Origin: Candidatus Latescibacterota bacterium
GTDB taxonomy: Bacteria; Latescibacterota; UBA2968; UBA8231
Length of the DNA: 64,000 bases
Direction of reading: 5' to 3'
Assembly (NCBI GenBank): GCA_963422735.1
Contig: OY730476.1
Span: forward strand, 4,672,001 to 4,736,000
Position numbers and translations under genes: made by a program. A model generated the notes under the pieces. The model was not told the origin of the DNA and ran no database searches. It saw only the letters and a program-made list of their open reading frames with translations. Below are positions 20,223 through 30,676 of this stretch, in pieces; the first letter of the stretch is position 1, and every line of letters starts with the position of its first letter.

Positions 20223-21032
20223 TTAGCCGTACAGTGAATAGAGGATGACGCCGCCGAGCAGGATGCGATAAACGGCAAACGAGTAGGTGCCGTGACGCTG
20301 GAGGAAGCGGAGGAGGAGGCCAATAGACAGGTAGCCGCTAACCGCGGCGGCGAGGATCCCCAACCCCAAACTCACCAGCCCAGCACCGCCTAGGCCCTCC
20401 TCAAGCAGTGCGAATAGTTGCCAAAAGCCACTGGCACCAATAGCCGGCAGGCCGAGCAAAAAGGAGAAACGAGCAGCGTCTGTGCGCTGGAGACCCGCGA
20501 AAAGCCCGCCCATGATGGTTGAACCAGACCGAGAACACCCAGGAATCAGGGCGAGAGCTTGGCACAGGCCAATGAACTGAATTGACCAGAAGCCGAGGTC
20601 CGGCATGATGCGCTCGCGCCGCCCTATGCGCTCGGCCAGCATCAAGAACAGCGCGAGGACGATCAAGCTCGCGGCGATGAGGGGGAGCTGGCGGGCCTCG
20701 GTCTCGATAAAGTCGCGCGCCCCGAGGCCGAGCACGGCAATGGGCACGGTGCCGACGGCAATGGACCACGCCATGCGGCAGTCTGAGCTGTGGTTGAAGT
20801 TGCGGTGTATCACCCCTTGTAGCGCGGCGACGACCAGCCTTTTGACATCGGCCGTAAAGTACGCGAATACGGCCGCGAGCGTCCCTAGTTGGATCACCGC
20901 GGAAAACGCCGTGCCTGGATCGTCCCAGCCGAGGAAATGGGGCACCACCCTCAGGTGGGCTGTGCTGCTGATGGGCAGGAATTCGGTCAGACCTTGGACT
21001 AGGCCTAAAATGAGTGCTTGTAGCCAATGCAT
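20223..21032 (-). CDS. uppP: Undecaprenyl-diphosphatase
   Basis: LGLVQGLTEFLPISSTAHL, IQLGT, PGCSRSG and ARFSFLL; start placed at ATG 21032. Confidence 0.94.
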   Translation of the reverse strand: MHWLQALILGLVQGLTEFLPISSTAHLRVVPHFLGWDDPGTAFSAVIQLGTLAAVFAYFTADVKRLVVAALQGVIHRNFNHSSDCRMAWSIAVGTVPIAVLGLGARDFIETEARQLPLIAASLIVLALFLMLAERIGRRERIMPDLGFWSIQFIGLCQALALIPGCSRSGSTIMGGLFAGLQRTDAARFSFLLGLPAIGASGFWQLFALLEEGLGGAGLVSLGLGILAAAVSGYLSIGLLLRFLQRHGTYSFAVYRILLGGVILYSLYG

Positions 21033-21149
21033 GGAAGGGCTTAAGCTAACCGCCGTCGCTCGCCCGGACAAGGACGGTGCGCCCCTTGACAAAAACGCGG
21101 GCTGGTGTGCAGAATACCCCCTGATTTTCACCGACAACAAGGAGATTTT

Positions 21150-22349
21150 ATGCCTGTTCTGATTAAAGACGTCCAAACCATCCTCACCCAACCGGCCGGC
21201 TCCCGCTTGGTCATTGTCAAAATCATCACTTCGGACGATGGCCTGTACGGACTCGGTTGCGCGACCTTTACCCAGCGCTTCCACGCCGTGCATACTGCCA
21301 TCGAACAGCATCTCAAGCCCTTCCTCATCGGTCGCGACGTGGATCGCATTGAGGAGACTTGGCAGATGTTGATGGTCAACGGCTATTGGCGCAACGGCCC
21401 GGTACTCAACAACGCCATCTCTGGAGTCGATCAGGCGCTGTGGGACATCAAGGGCAAGCGGGCAGGGATGCCGCTCTATCAGCTTTTGGGCGGCATGTGC
21501 CGCGAAGGCGCGGCCGTGTACGGCCACGCGGGCGGCGAGACGCCCGAGGCCGTCGTCGATAGCATCCGCCAGTTCCAAGAGCAAGGTTATCGCTATATCC
21601 GCTGCCAGATGGGCGGCTACGGCGGCAAGGCATCGACCTTGGTCAAACCCGAGGGCGCGCCCGAAGGCGCGTATTACAACCGCAAAGAATACATGATGAA
21701 CCACCTGCGGATGTTTGAGCACATCCGCGCAGAATTGGGTTTTGAGGTGGAACTGCTGCACGACATCCACGAGCGGCTGCACCCGATTGAGGCGGTGGGC
21801 TTTGCCAAGGACGTGGAGGAATTCAAGCTGTTCTTCTTGGAGGACGCGCTCGCGCCCGAAGACATCGAGTGGTTTCGCCACATCCGCCAGCAGTGCGCCA
21901 CGCCGCAGGCCATGGGCGAATTGTTCAACCATCCGCACGAGTGGACGCCGCTCATCGAGGGGCGATTAATTGACTTTGTGCGCATGCACGTCAGCCAGAT
22001 GGGCGGGATCACGCCGGCGCGCAATGTCGCGGCTTTCGGGCAAATGTACGGGGTGCGCACGGCTTGGCACGGCCCGGGTGATACCTCACCGGTGGGGCAC
22101 GCGGCCAACCTGCACCTCGACCTGTGGGCACCTAACTTCGGGATTCAAGAGTGGTGCAGGTTCCCCAAGCACGTGTACGAGATGTTCCCGGGGCTGCCCG
22201 AGGTGCGCAACGGGTACATGTATCCGAGCGACGGGCCGGGATTGGGGATCGACATCGACGAGGACTTGGCGGCCAAGTACCCTTGTGCAGACGAGGTCAT
22301 TGGATGGACCCAGACGCGCTTGCCCGACGGGAGTCCGGCGCGGCCCTAA
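21150..22349 (+). CDS. Enolase-superfamily sugar-acid dehydratase (mannonate dehydratase / RspA-like)
   Basis: YWRNGPV, DQALWDIKGK, LLHDIHER, FFLED, MGELF and WHGPGDTSP; GGAG RBS. Confidence 0.9.
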   Translation: MPVLIKDVQTILTQPAGSRLVIVKIITSDDGLYGLGCATFTQRFHAVHTAIEQHLKPFLIGRDVDRIEETWQMLMVNGYWRNGPVLNNAISGVDQALWDIKGKRAGMPLYQLLGGMCREGAAVYGHAGGETPEAVVDSIRQFQEQGYRYIRCQMGGYGGKASTLVKPEGAPEGAYYNRKEYMMNHLRMFEHIRAELGFEVELLHDIHERLHPIEAVGFAKDVEEFKLFFLEDALAPEDIEWFRHIRQQCATPQAMGELFNHPHEWTPLIEGRLIDFVRMHVSQMGGITPARNVAAFGQMYGVRTAWHGPGDTSPVGHAANLHLDLWAPNFGIQEWCRFPKHVYEMFPGLPEVRNGYMYPSDGPGLGIDIDEDLAAKYPCADEVIGWTQTRLPDGSPARP

Positions 22350-22350
22350 G

Positions 22351-23529
22351 ATGAAAATCCTAGTTTCCAATCTCGGCAGCACTTCGTTTAAGTACAAGGT
22401 TTTTTTCATGCCCGAGGAAGTGATTTTGGCGCGGGGCGGCATGGATCGGATCGGGGGCCAAGGCTCGGTCCACACCTTCCAGATCGGCGGAGCCGACGAG
22501 GTCGCGCAGGCCGTGGAACTGCCCGACCACGCCAGCGCGATTGACGAGGCCCTCGTGCGCTTGGCCGAGGGCGGGGTGTTGGCTTCTGTGGAGGAGCTAG
22601 ACGCCGTGGGGTTTAAGGCCGTCCACGCGCGCGCTATTTCCGGGGTGGTCGAACTCGACGAGGACATAGTGGGGCGGATGGAGGATTTTTATCCGCTGGC
22701 TCCGGCGCACAATCCCGCGTATGTGGCGGCGATTCGGCAGTTTGCGCGGGTGGCCCCCAAGGCGCGACGGGTCGGGTGCTTTGAGACGGCGTTCCACGGG
22801 GCGATGCCGCAGCGGCGCAAAATGTACGCGGTGCCCTACGCTTGGTATGAACAGTACGGCATCCAGCGCTACGGCTTTCACGGGGCCAGCCACCGCTATG
22901 CCGCTGAGAAGGTGGTGGAATTGGAGGGGCGCGCCGACCTCAAACACGTCAACATGCACTTGGGCGGCTCCTCGTCGCTGTGCGCGATAAAGGACGGAGT
23001 CTCGCAGGGGGCGTCGCACGGGCTCAGCCCGCAGGGCGGCCTGCCGCAAAACAACCGCATTGGCGACTTAGACCCGTATGCTCTCGACTTGGTGATGCGC
23101 AACGAGGGCCGACTGTGGGACGAGGTGTTGGCGCAGTGCGCCAACGAGGGCGGTCTGTTGGGGCTATGCGGGCACAGCGACATGCGCGACATTGAAGCGG
23201 GCGCGGAAAGCGGCGACGAGCGCTGTACTTTGGCCATAGCCGTGCTGGCGACATCAGTGCGCGACTGGCTGGGGGCTTTTGCAGTGGAGATGGGCGGGCT
23301 GGACGCGATCAGCTTTACCGGCGGCATTGGCGAATACTCGGCTGCCGTGCGCGGCCAAGTTCTGAGCGACTTGGAATTTCTGGGGGTGGTGATGGATGCG
23401 GCCAAAAACGCGGCCTTGCAAGGCGAGGGCAGTCTGCACGCCGCGTCGAGCCGAGTGCCTATTTACGTGTTGCACACCGACGAAGAGCTGGTGGTGGCGC
23501 GGCAGACGTGGGAGTTTTTGAGACCATGA
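22351..23529 (+). CDS. ackA: Acetate/propionate kinase family protein
   Basis: NLGSTSFKY, LAPAHN, FETAFH, RYGFHGASH, HLGGSSS, FTGGIGE and TDEE. Confidence 0.85.
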   Translation: MKILVSNLGSTSFKYKVFFMPEEVILARGGMDRIGGQGSVHTFQIGGADEVAQAVELPDHASAIDEALVRLAEGGVLASVEELDAVGFKAVHARAISGVVELDEDIVGRMEDFYPLAPAHNPAYVAAIRQFARVAPKARRVGCFETAFHGAMPQRRKMYAVPYAWYEQYGIQRYGFHGASHRYAAEKVVELEGRADLKHVNMHLGGSSSLCAIKDGVSQGASHGLSPQGGLPQNNRIGDLDPYALDLVMRNEGRLWDEVLAQCANEGGLLGLCGHSDMRDIEAGAESGDERCTLAIAVLATSVRDWLGAFAVEMGGLDAISFTGGIGEYSAAVRGQVLSDLEFLGVVMDAAKNAALQGEGSLHAASSRVPIYVLHTDEELVVARQTWEFLRP

Positions 23530-24023
23530 ACACACCAACGATATTCGGGATCTGTCCGCCGGAAAAGGAACGGGTGCTCACCACGACCAAGACCGGCAAG
23601 ACCCGCGAGAAATGGGTCCGCCGTTACCGTGCAGCCCGGCCCGAGGACGACAACAGCGCCGAAAAGTTGCCGGAGTGGGAGATGCTAGACGTGGTGCCGA
23701 GCGAGAGAATCCCAGATGGCAACAAGACGACCGAACCGCATCGCTACGGGATGCCGTTGTGGCGCGATATGTTTTCGTCGCGGCAGCTTCTGTGCCACAG
23801 CACCAGCGTCGAAGTGTTCCGAGAAATGTTCAATGCATATCGGGCGACCGGCGCGCTGAGCGAGGTTCGGCAGGCGGCTTATGGGTACTTGGTGCTCTCA
23901 TTGGACAAAACGATTTCCTATAATAATCTCATGTGTCGCTGGGATGCGAATCGCGAAGTCATGGCTCAGATATTTGATCGTCACGACTTCTCCTTCAAAT
24001 GGTCCTATGCGGAGGCGCACTGA
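23526..24023 (+). pseudogene. Internal fragment of a DUF1156-like adenine DNA methyltransferase
   Basis: PSERIPDGNKT.EP.RYGM..WRDMFSSRQLL and CRWD...QIFDRHDFSFKWSYAE; no catalytic regions. Confidence 0.6.
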
Positions 24024-24583
24024 CCGTCTCGGCCAGGAGCATTCGATCATCCGCATTGTCAACTTGCACTACGAAGGCACGGTCGAAACCGACGTCGCAA
24101 TCGCATCGGTTTATTTGAGTCGGTGGTTGGACACTTACAGCCTATTCTGGCGCAAGTACCGCGCACCATTGCCGACGCGGTACTTGCGCGGCGCAGCAAT
24201 GTCGTCGAGATGATTGACCGACAGGTGGATGAGGCCCAAGCCGATGGCTTTGACCTTGATGCCGTGTTAAAAGAAGACGCCACTTTTCTGGAGCGTGCCC
24301 CGTCGCCGGTCGTGCTCGATGACCTCAACCGAGTAATCGCATCGCCCGACCTGATGCCGCCTCAAGTCGGTGTCCAGCCATTGGGATCCCGCGAATACGG
24401 CTTGTCGGTGCCGGGCGTACAAGAGCCCTTGCGGGTGACTACCGATCCTGGCTACTACGAAGAGCACGCGGAGAGCGTGGAGCTGTGGTCGCCGGGCAAT
24501 TTTTTGTTTTAGGCTCCCGAATCGGGGGCGAGGGTGGAATATTTTCCAGCCGACGAGACCTTGAAAGATATTCTCAACAGTTG
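24020..24583 (+). pseudogene. C-terminal fragment of an SNF2-like helicase
   Basis: DRLGQ...IVNLHYEGTVETDV (end of helicase motif VI), frameshifting into VVGHLQPIL...VTTDPGYYEEH..SVELWSPG. Confidence 0.6.
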
Positions 24584-24642
24584 AGACTATAGATATCTAG
24601 CGGTGAGATTGCGTTTTTTTTAGGATGCTTTTACAAACGAGG

Positions 24643-25374
24643 ATGAACCCCATGTTCGGAACTATTCGCAACCCGTCCGGCGAAGTGCTGGACTACACGT
24701 TCCACGCTGGTGCCGAGGGATCGCGGCACATCGCTGTCTTGGGGCACGGCGTGACGGGCAACAAGGATCGCCCCTTTGTCGCAGCGCTCGCCGAGGGCTT
24801 AGCTGCTGCTGGTATCCACGCGCTGCGCTTTTCCTTTGCCGGCAATGGCGCGTCCGAGGGCTGCTTTGCCGACGCGACGATCTCCAAAGAGGTCGCAGAC
24901 TTAGGCGCGGTGCTCAGTGCCTTGGACGGCTACTCGGTCTGCTATATCGGCCACAGCATGGGGGGGGCGGTCGGCGTCTTGCGCACTAGTCGCGACGAGC
25001 GCATCCGCCTGCTCGTCTCCCTAGCAGGCATGGTACATACTCACGCCTTTGCCGAACGCGAGTTCGGCGAGGAGGTGCCTGACGAGGGCTGCATGTGGGA
25101 CGAGCCAGACTGCCCGCTCTCTCGTGCCTATATGGACGACATGGCCCAGATCGACACTGTGGTGGAACGCGGGACCGAGATTGCCGTGCCTTGGTTGCTT
25201 ATCCACGGCAGCGAGGACGACGTGGTGCCGATTGCCGACTCGCACGACATCCTCGCCCAAGCCAGCGGCAATGCCGAACTCGTCGTCATCGACGGAGCTG
25301 ACCACGTCTTTAGCGAGCACTCGCAAGTAATGGTCGAAAAGGTCGTCGGTTGGCTACAGGAGCAGTGGGCATAA
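24643..25374 (+). CDS. Alpha/beta-fold hydrolase
   Basis: HG oxyanion motif, GHSMG nucleophile elbow, HGSEDDVVP and GADHVF. Confidence 0.9.
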   Translation: MNPMFGTIRNPSGEVLDYTFHAGAEGSRHIAVLGHGVTGNKDRPFVAALAEGLAAAGIHALRFSFAGNGASEGCFADATISKEVADLGAVLSALDGYSVCYIGHSMGGAVGVLRTSRDERIRLLVSLAGMVHTHAFAEREFGEEVPDEGCMWDEPDCPLSRAYMDDMAQIDTVVERGTEIAVPWLLIHGSEDDVVPIADSHDILAQASGNAELVVIDGADHVFSEHSQVMVEKVVGWLQEQWA

Positions 25375-25474
25375 ATCCCCGCAGGTTGCAGCCTACCAGA
25401 GATAGCGCTCAACTCCTATCTTTGGAGTGCGCCCGGCAATCCCGCCGGCCATGCACGTGCTGCCGATCTAAGCC

Positions 25475-28339
25475 ATGCAAAAGAAAACGCCGAGTCGCCT
25501 GAGTGCTCGCCAGCAACGAACCTTGCTGGCCGTGGTGGCCTTGGGCGTCTTCATGGTCGCCGATACGCTCTATTTGCTGACCAACCGGCTGGCCGACGCC
25601 CTCGATTTCGCCTATTTCGCCGTCACCGACATTTCCCTGCCCAAGTTTTACCAAGGCATGGTGCTGTCGCATACCGGCATCGGTCTGGTGCTGGTGGTCC
25701 TGGCGATGGGCTTTGTGGCTTGGCACTTACCGGCCGTGTGGCGCAAAAGCCGCAAGCGGGCCATTTACACCGGCATCGCCACCCTGACGCTGGGCATCTT
25801 ACTGGCTGTCAGCGGGCTGTTCATCCTCAGCGCAGCGAGCAACCGAGGCAACCCGGTGGCCTACTGGAGCCACGTGGCCGCGGCGGTTTTAGTTCCCCTC
25901 TTTTACTTAGCGCACCGCCGACTCTCGCTGTGGAAGCCCTCCGCACGGAGCTATCGCGTCGTGCCCGTAGCGGTAGTCGGGCTGTTGGCGCTAGCCGTGG
26001 TGCTACACGGGTTGACCTATAGCGGCGAGCAGTACACGCAGGCGGCCGAGCAGGCATTCGCCGCTGGCAAGCACACCGGCCCAGGTTCCAAGGCGCGGCA
26101 GGTCGCCGACTATGCGCCCGACGACTTTGTCCCCGCCAATTTTGTCCCCGCTGCAAGTCCCTTTTTCCCAGCGGCTACTACGACGACTACCGGCGACTTT
26201 TTGCCCTCGCGGATCATCACTCGCGGCGATCTTTCGCAGCCGGAAAAACTCGCCGGAGATCTCGCTGAGTACGGCTTCGTGGTCAACGAGCCGATTGGCT
26301 CGGAAACTTGCGCCCGTTGCCACGCGGCAATCGTCGAACAGTGGGCGACCTCGGCGCACCGCTTTGCCTCGTTCAACAACCCCTTCTACGAGGCGACGAT
26401 CAACCACATGCGCAGCAATTCGACCGAGAGCAACGCCGAGATCGCCGCCCATATCGCCTATGACAAGGGCTTGGCGGGCGAGGAAGGCAAAATCAAGTCC
26501 AAGTGGTGCTCGGGGTGCCACGACCCGGCGCTGATGCTGGCGGGCAAAATGACCGAAGAGATCGATCGCGCCTCGCCACAGGCCCAAGCCGGGCTGACCT
26601 GCCTAGGCTGCCACGCCATCGACGCAATTCACGACCAGACCGGCAACGGCAACTACAACATCGCCGACGAGCAGGAGGATCCCTATCTGTTCGCCGAGGC
26701 CAAAGAAGGCACTGGCCGCTTTTTGCACGACACCGCGCTGAAGGCGCGGCCCATCGTCCACAAGAAGCAGATGCTCAAGCCTTTCTTCCGCACCTCTGAG
26801 TTTTGCGCCACCTGCCACAAGGTCAGCCTCGACTCGCGCGTCAATGGCTACCGCTGGCTGCGCGGCCAAGACGAGTACGACAATTGGCACGACAGCGGCG
26901 TGGCACTCAACGCCTCTAGAACCTTCTATCTGCCGGCTGTCAAGCGGGTCTGCCAGGACTGCCACATGCCGCTGGAGGAAGCGGTCGCCGGCGATGTGTC
27001 GGCGCGAGATGGCTACGTCAAATCGCACCGCTTTTTGGCGGTCAACACGGCTCTGCCCTACATCCGCGGCGACGCGGAAACCATTGCGCGGATTGAGGAA
27101 TTTTTGCAAGACGAAAAACTCAGCGTCGATGTGTTCGCGCTGCACCACCAACAAGAAGCGCACTACGCGCTGGACAAGAGCCAGCCAGTGCTGGTGCGCG
27201 GCGGCGAGTACGCATTTGACGTGGTGGTGCGCAACAAGGGCGTTGGGCACACCTTCCCAGGCGGGACCAACGATTCCAACGAGGGCTGGCTAGAGGTCTC
27301 GGTGGTGGGCGACGACGACGCGGTGCTAGCTTTGAGCGGGGCGGTGCAAGACGACGGGCACGTCGATCTAGGGGCGCACTTTTACAAGGCACTGATGGTC
27401 GATGCAAAAGGCCAAGCCATCCACCGGCGCAACGCCCAAGACATCGTCACGGCCGTGTACGTGCGCACCATTGGCCCGGGTGCGGCGGACGTAGCCCACT
27501 ACAGCTTCCGGGTGCCCGCAGACTACGCGGGACGCAAGCTAACGCTGCGGGCGCGGCTGCTATGGCGCAAGTTCGACCGCATCTATGCGGAATTTGCCTT
27601 CAACACCAACCGCCAAGGTTTCCGCCGCTTCGACCAGGTGCCCCAGTTGCCGGTAACTGAGATCGCCCGCAGCGAAGTGGAGCTGGTGGTGGGAGGGCCG
27701 TCCGCGACGGGTGCGCCGGATGCGGGCGACTGGATGCGCTTCAACGACTATGGCATCGGCTTGTTGCTCCAGGATGATACCCAAGGTGCTGCGCGGGCCT
27801 TTGCGACTGTGGAACAGCTAGCACCCAAGCGCCTAGACGGCTGCCGCAACTTGGCTAGGGTTGCGGTGCGCGACGGGCACTTGGAGCGAGCCTACGAGCA
27901 TTTGGAAGACTGCGAGGCACTGGTGTCCGGCGACGGGCAGACAGCTTGGGTTTGGGGCGTGGTGTTGCAGGAGGACGGCCGCTACGAGGCCGCGGCGCAG
28001 GCCTATCGCCGAGTGTTGCGCGATTTTCCCGAGGATCGGGCTACGTGGCGCAACTTGGGACGAGTGCTCTACCTCGACGGCCGTTATGAGGAGGCCCTAG
28101 AGGCCCTCGATGGCGTGCTGGCCATCGATCCGGAGGACCGCGTCGCCCACTACCACCGGATGCTTTCGCTGCGCGCCCTCGGCCGCGAAGACGAGGCCCT
28201 AGTCGCCGAGCAGGCTTACCAGTACTATCAGATCGACGAGTCGGCTCAAGAGCTGACGCGCCGCTACCGGCTAGCGCATCCGCACGACAACCGCGAGGCG
28301 CTCAAAATCCACGTTCATCCGCTGGGGGAGGATGGTTAG
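25475..28339 (+). CDS. Membrane-anchored multiheme cytochrome c with C-terminal TPR repeats
   Basis: About 5 N-terminal TM helices; five CxxCH motifs (CARCH, CSGCH, CLGCH, CATCH, CQDCH); GHTFPGG; TPR-like tail. Confidence 0.85.
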   Translation: MQKKTPSRLSARQQRTLLAVVALGVFMVADTLYLLTNRLADALDFAYFAVTDISLPKFYQGMVLSHTGIGLVLVVLAMGFVAWHLPAVWRKSRKRAIYTGIATLTLGILLAVSGLFILSAASNRGNPVAYWSHVAAAVLVPLFYLAHRRLSLWKPSARSYRVVPVAVVGLLALAVVLHGLTYSGEQYTQAAEQAFAAGKHTGPGSKARQVADYAPDDFVPANFVPAASPFFPAATTTTTGDFLPSRIITRGDLSQPEKLAGDLAEYGFVVNEPIGSETCARCHAAIVEQWATSAHRFASFNNPFYEATINHMRSNSTESNAEIAAHIAYDKGLAGEEGKIKSKWCSGCHDPALMLAGKMTEEIDRASPQAQAGLTCLGCHAIDAIHDQTGNGNYNIADEQEDPYLFAEAKEGTGRFLHDTALKARPIVHKKQMLKPFFRTSEFCATCHKVSLDSRVNGYRWLRGQDEYDNWHDSGVALNASRTFYLPAVKRVCQDCHMPLEEAVAGDVSARDGYVKSHRFLAVNTALPYIRGDAETIARIEEFLQDEKLSVDVFALHHQQEAHYALDKSQPVLVRGGEYAFDVVVRNKGVGHTFPGGTNDSNEGWLEVSVVGDDDAVLALSGAVQDDGHVDLGAHFYKALMVDAKGQAIHRRNAQDIVTAVYVRTIGPGAADVAHYSFRVPADYAGRKLTLRARLLWRKFDRIYAEFAFNTNRQGFRRFDQVPQLPVTEIARSEVELVVGGPSATGAPDAGDWMRFNDYGIGLLLQDDTQGAARAFATVEQLAPKRLDGCRNLARVAVRDGHLERAYEHLEDCEALVSGDGQTAWVWGVVLQEDGRYEAAAQAYRRVLRDFPEDRATWRNLGRVLYLDGRYEEALEALDGVLAIDPEDRVAHYHRMLSLRALGREDEALVAEQAYQYYQIDESAQELTRRYRLAHPHDNREALKIHVHPLGEDG

Positions 28340-28536
28340 GGGTTTGTCCGTTGAGGGCGAACGCGGAGGATTTCCTCCATGCCTAGGGCCCGCACTTGGT
28401 CGGCCTCTAGGGTGAGGATGGCTTGGTTGGGAAACTCCACTTCGCAAGCGGCCCCTCCATCGTGAATGAAGACCACGACTCCGACATCGCCGTCGGCTGT
28501 CAGAACAGCCCGTCGGTGTTCGGCTAGGGTATTCAT
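28336..28536 (-). CDS. DUF4926-like small protein
   Basis: GDVGVVVFIH.GG.ACEVEF...ILTL pattern; AAGGAG RBS; possibly internally shortened. Confidence 0.65.
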   Translation of the reverse strand: MNTLAEHRRAVLTADGDVGVVVFIHDGGAACEVEFPNQAILTLEADQVRALGMEEILRVRPQRTNP

Positions 28537-28700
28537 GGGCTAACTCCTTTGTGGAGCGGCCGTTACAAAACGCAGCGCGGTCTCGCCTTGGCGGACAAAC
28601 CATGCGGTGCGAAGATAAAACAGACCGTATGAAGGTGTGTCAATAGATCCAAGAATAAGAAAAAATATGACGAGGAAGTACGCGATTGAACGCAAGTTTT

Positions 28701-30476
28701 ATGCCAACATCTCATAGCGCGATCTGGCGACTCTGGGTCGGCGCGTTGCTGTGGGCCGCCTGCGGCCCGGAAGAGCCTCCGGCACCAGCCCCGACGCCCG
28801 AGTACACCAAAGCACCGGCTGCCGAATATGCGGTGGGGCGCGGGCGGAAAGAGGCTCCGGTGGTGCGCTTTGTCGATGTGACGAGGGAAGCCGGTCTCGA
28901 ATTCAGGCACGAAACCGGCGCGCGCGGCGACAAGTGGATGCCGGAAACCATGGGCAGCGGCTGCGCGCTTTTTGATTACGATGGCGACGACTGGCTGGAC
29001 GTGCTCTTGGTCAATAGCGAAGGCTGGGGGGGCGAAAAGGCCCCCGGCAAGCTCTATCGCAACCTCGGCAACGGCACCTTTGCCGACGCAACCGAACGCG
29101 CTGGCCTAGACTTCTCGGTCTATGGCATGGGCGCGACGATTGCCGACTACGACGCCGATGGCGACCCGGATGTGTATCTGACGACCCTCGGACCGAACCT
29201 GCTGTTGCGCAACGACGCGGGCCGCTTTGTCGATGTGGCGCGGGAAGCGGGCGTGGCGGGCGCGGCTTGGCGAGATGACGCGGGCAACGAGAATCCCGAG
29301 TGGTCCACGGGCGCGGCTTGGGTTGATGTGGATGGCGACGGCTGGTTGGACCTGTTGGTCACCAACTACGTGCGCTGGTCGGCGAGCACCGACATATATA
29401 CTTCGCTCGACGGCAAGGAAAAATCCTACGCCACGCCACAACAGTACCCCGGCTCGACGCCGAGGCTCTACCGCAATCTGGGCGGGACCCGCTTCCGAGA
29501 GATAACCAAAGAGGCCGGCCTGCTGTTGCCCGAAGGCAAATCCATGGGCGTGGCCATGACCGACTTTGAAGACGATGGCCGTATCGACTTGGTCGTCACC
29601 AACGACACCCAGCCCAATTTCCTGTTGCAAAACTTAGGTGGGGGCCGCTTTGAGGAGCGGGGTCTCGCCGCGGGCATTGGCTACGACGAGAGCGGGCGGG
29701 CGCGAGCGGGGATGGGCGTAGATATCGCCTCGGTCGCCAACGATGGCGTGCTTTCCATCGCCATTGGCAACTTCAGCCGCGAAGCCCTCTCGCTCTACCG
29801 CCAAGCAGGCGGCGAGGTTTTCGTCGATGCTGCGGGTAGGGCAAGGCTGATGCAGGCGACGCTGCGGCAGCTGACCTTTGGGCTGCGCTTTTTCGACTAC
29901 GATCTCGACGGCTACTATGACTTGATTTTGGCCAATGGGCACATCGAGCCAGAGATCAACTCGGTGCAGAAGGAGATCGAGTACCGGCAGGCACCGCAGT
30001 TGTTTTGGAATGACGGCGACGGGCGGATGGTAGAGGTGTCAGAGCAGATGGGTGGGCCGTTCCTCAAGCCAGTGGTGGCGCGAGGGCTGGCCGTCGGCGA
30101 TATCGACGCAGACGGCGACTTGGATGTGTTGCTGACGACTAATGGCGGCCCGGCCTATCTATTGCGCAACGAGGGGCCGACTGGCCGTGCGGTGGCGATC
30201 GACCTGACGGGCAAGGTACCCAACCGCGACGCCATCGGCGCGAAGGTGACCGCGCAGGTGGGCGAGCAGGCGCAGGTGTTCATGGTACGCACGGGATCTT
30301 CTTATTTGAGCCACAGCCCGACGACCCTGACCGTTGGCTTGGGCTCGGCCGAGCAGCTCGACCGCTTGGAGATTCGCTGGCCGGATGGGAGCGAGGAAGT
30401 GTTGGAAAACGTCGCAGCCGATGCTCGCTACCGGATTGTGCAGGGCGAGGGCATTGTGGGAAAGAGGGCTTGGTAA
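28701..30476 (+). CDS. FG-GAP repeat / ASPIC-UnbV (CRTAC1-like) lipoprotein
   Basis: LLWAAC lipobox; repeated DYDGDD/DADGD motifs; C-terminal NRDAIGAKV...GSSYLS...GLG...IRWPDG. Confidence 0.88.
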   Translation: MPTSHSAIWRLWVGALLWAACGPEEPPAPAPTPEYTKAPAAEYAVGRGRKEAPVVRFVDVTREAGLEFRHETGARGDKWMPETMGSGCALFDYDGDDWLDVLLVNSEGWGGEKAPGKLYRNLGNGTFADATERAGLDFSVYGMGATIADYDADGDPDVYLTTLGPNLLLRNDAGRFVDVAREAGVAGAAWRDDAGNENPEWSTGAAWVDVDGDGWLDLLVTNYVRWSASTDIYTSLDGKEKSYATPQQYPGSTPRLYRNLGGTRFREITKEAGLLLPEGKSMGVAMTDFEDDGRIDLVVTNDTQPNFLLQNLGGGRFEERGLAAGIGYDESGRARAGMGVDIASVANDGVLSIAIGNFSREALSLYRQAGGEVFVDAAGRARLMQATLRQLTFGLRFFDYDLDGYYDLILANGHIEPEINSVQKEIEYRQAPQLFWNDGDGRMVEVSEQMGGPFLKPVVARGLAVGDIDADGDLDVLLTTNGGPAYLLRNEGPTGRAVAIDLTGKVPNRDAIGAKVTAQVGEQAQVFMVRTGSSYLSHSPTTLTVGLGSAEQLDRLEIRWPDGSEEVLENVAADARYRIVQGEGIVGKRAW

Positions 30477-30676
30477 AACTTTCAGTCGATCAAGCGCCCC
30501 TTTTGGTCGTGGCTGACCTCGTCGGGGTCGCGAGGCCCAGAGCGGGTGCGCTTGGCCTCACCTTACTTTGGTAAACAGGCTTATTGTTTTTTGCGGCTCG
30601 TTCATTGAGCAATTCCTAGTATTTTCCAATAACGGATAAATTCTGATCGTCGAACAAACTATAGCGATCGGGCCAA

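Noticed and set aside
21033-21938. 302-aa N-terminal extension of uppP in the ORF track
   Set aside because: It is an antisense shadow of the dehydratase gene; UppP homology starts at ATG 21032
24021-24023. TGA as another possible Sec codon
   Set aside because: The downstream helicase-like peptide is in a different frame and belongs to a different protein; this looks like a deletion junction
28950-30150. Recurring GACGGCGAC-like motifs as a possible DNA repeat array
   Set aside because: Explained by FG-GAP DxDGD protein repeats; spacing and sequence are irregular
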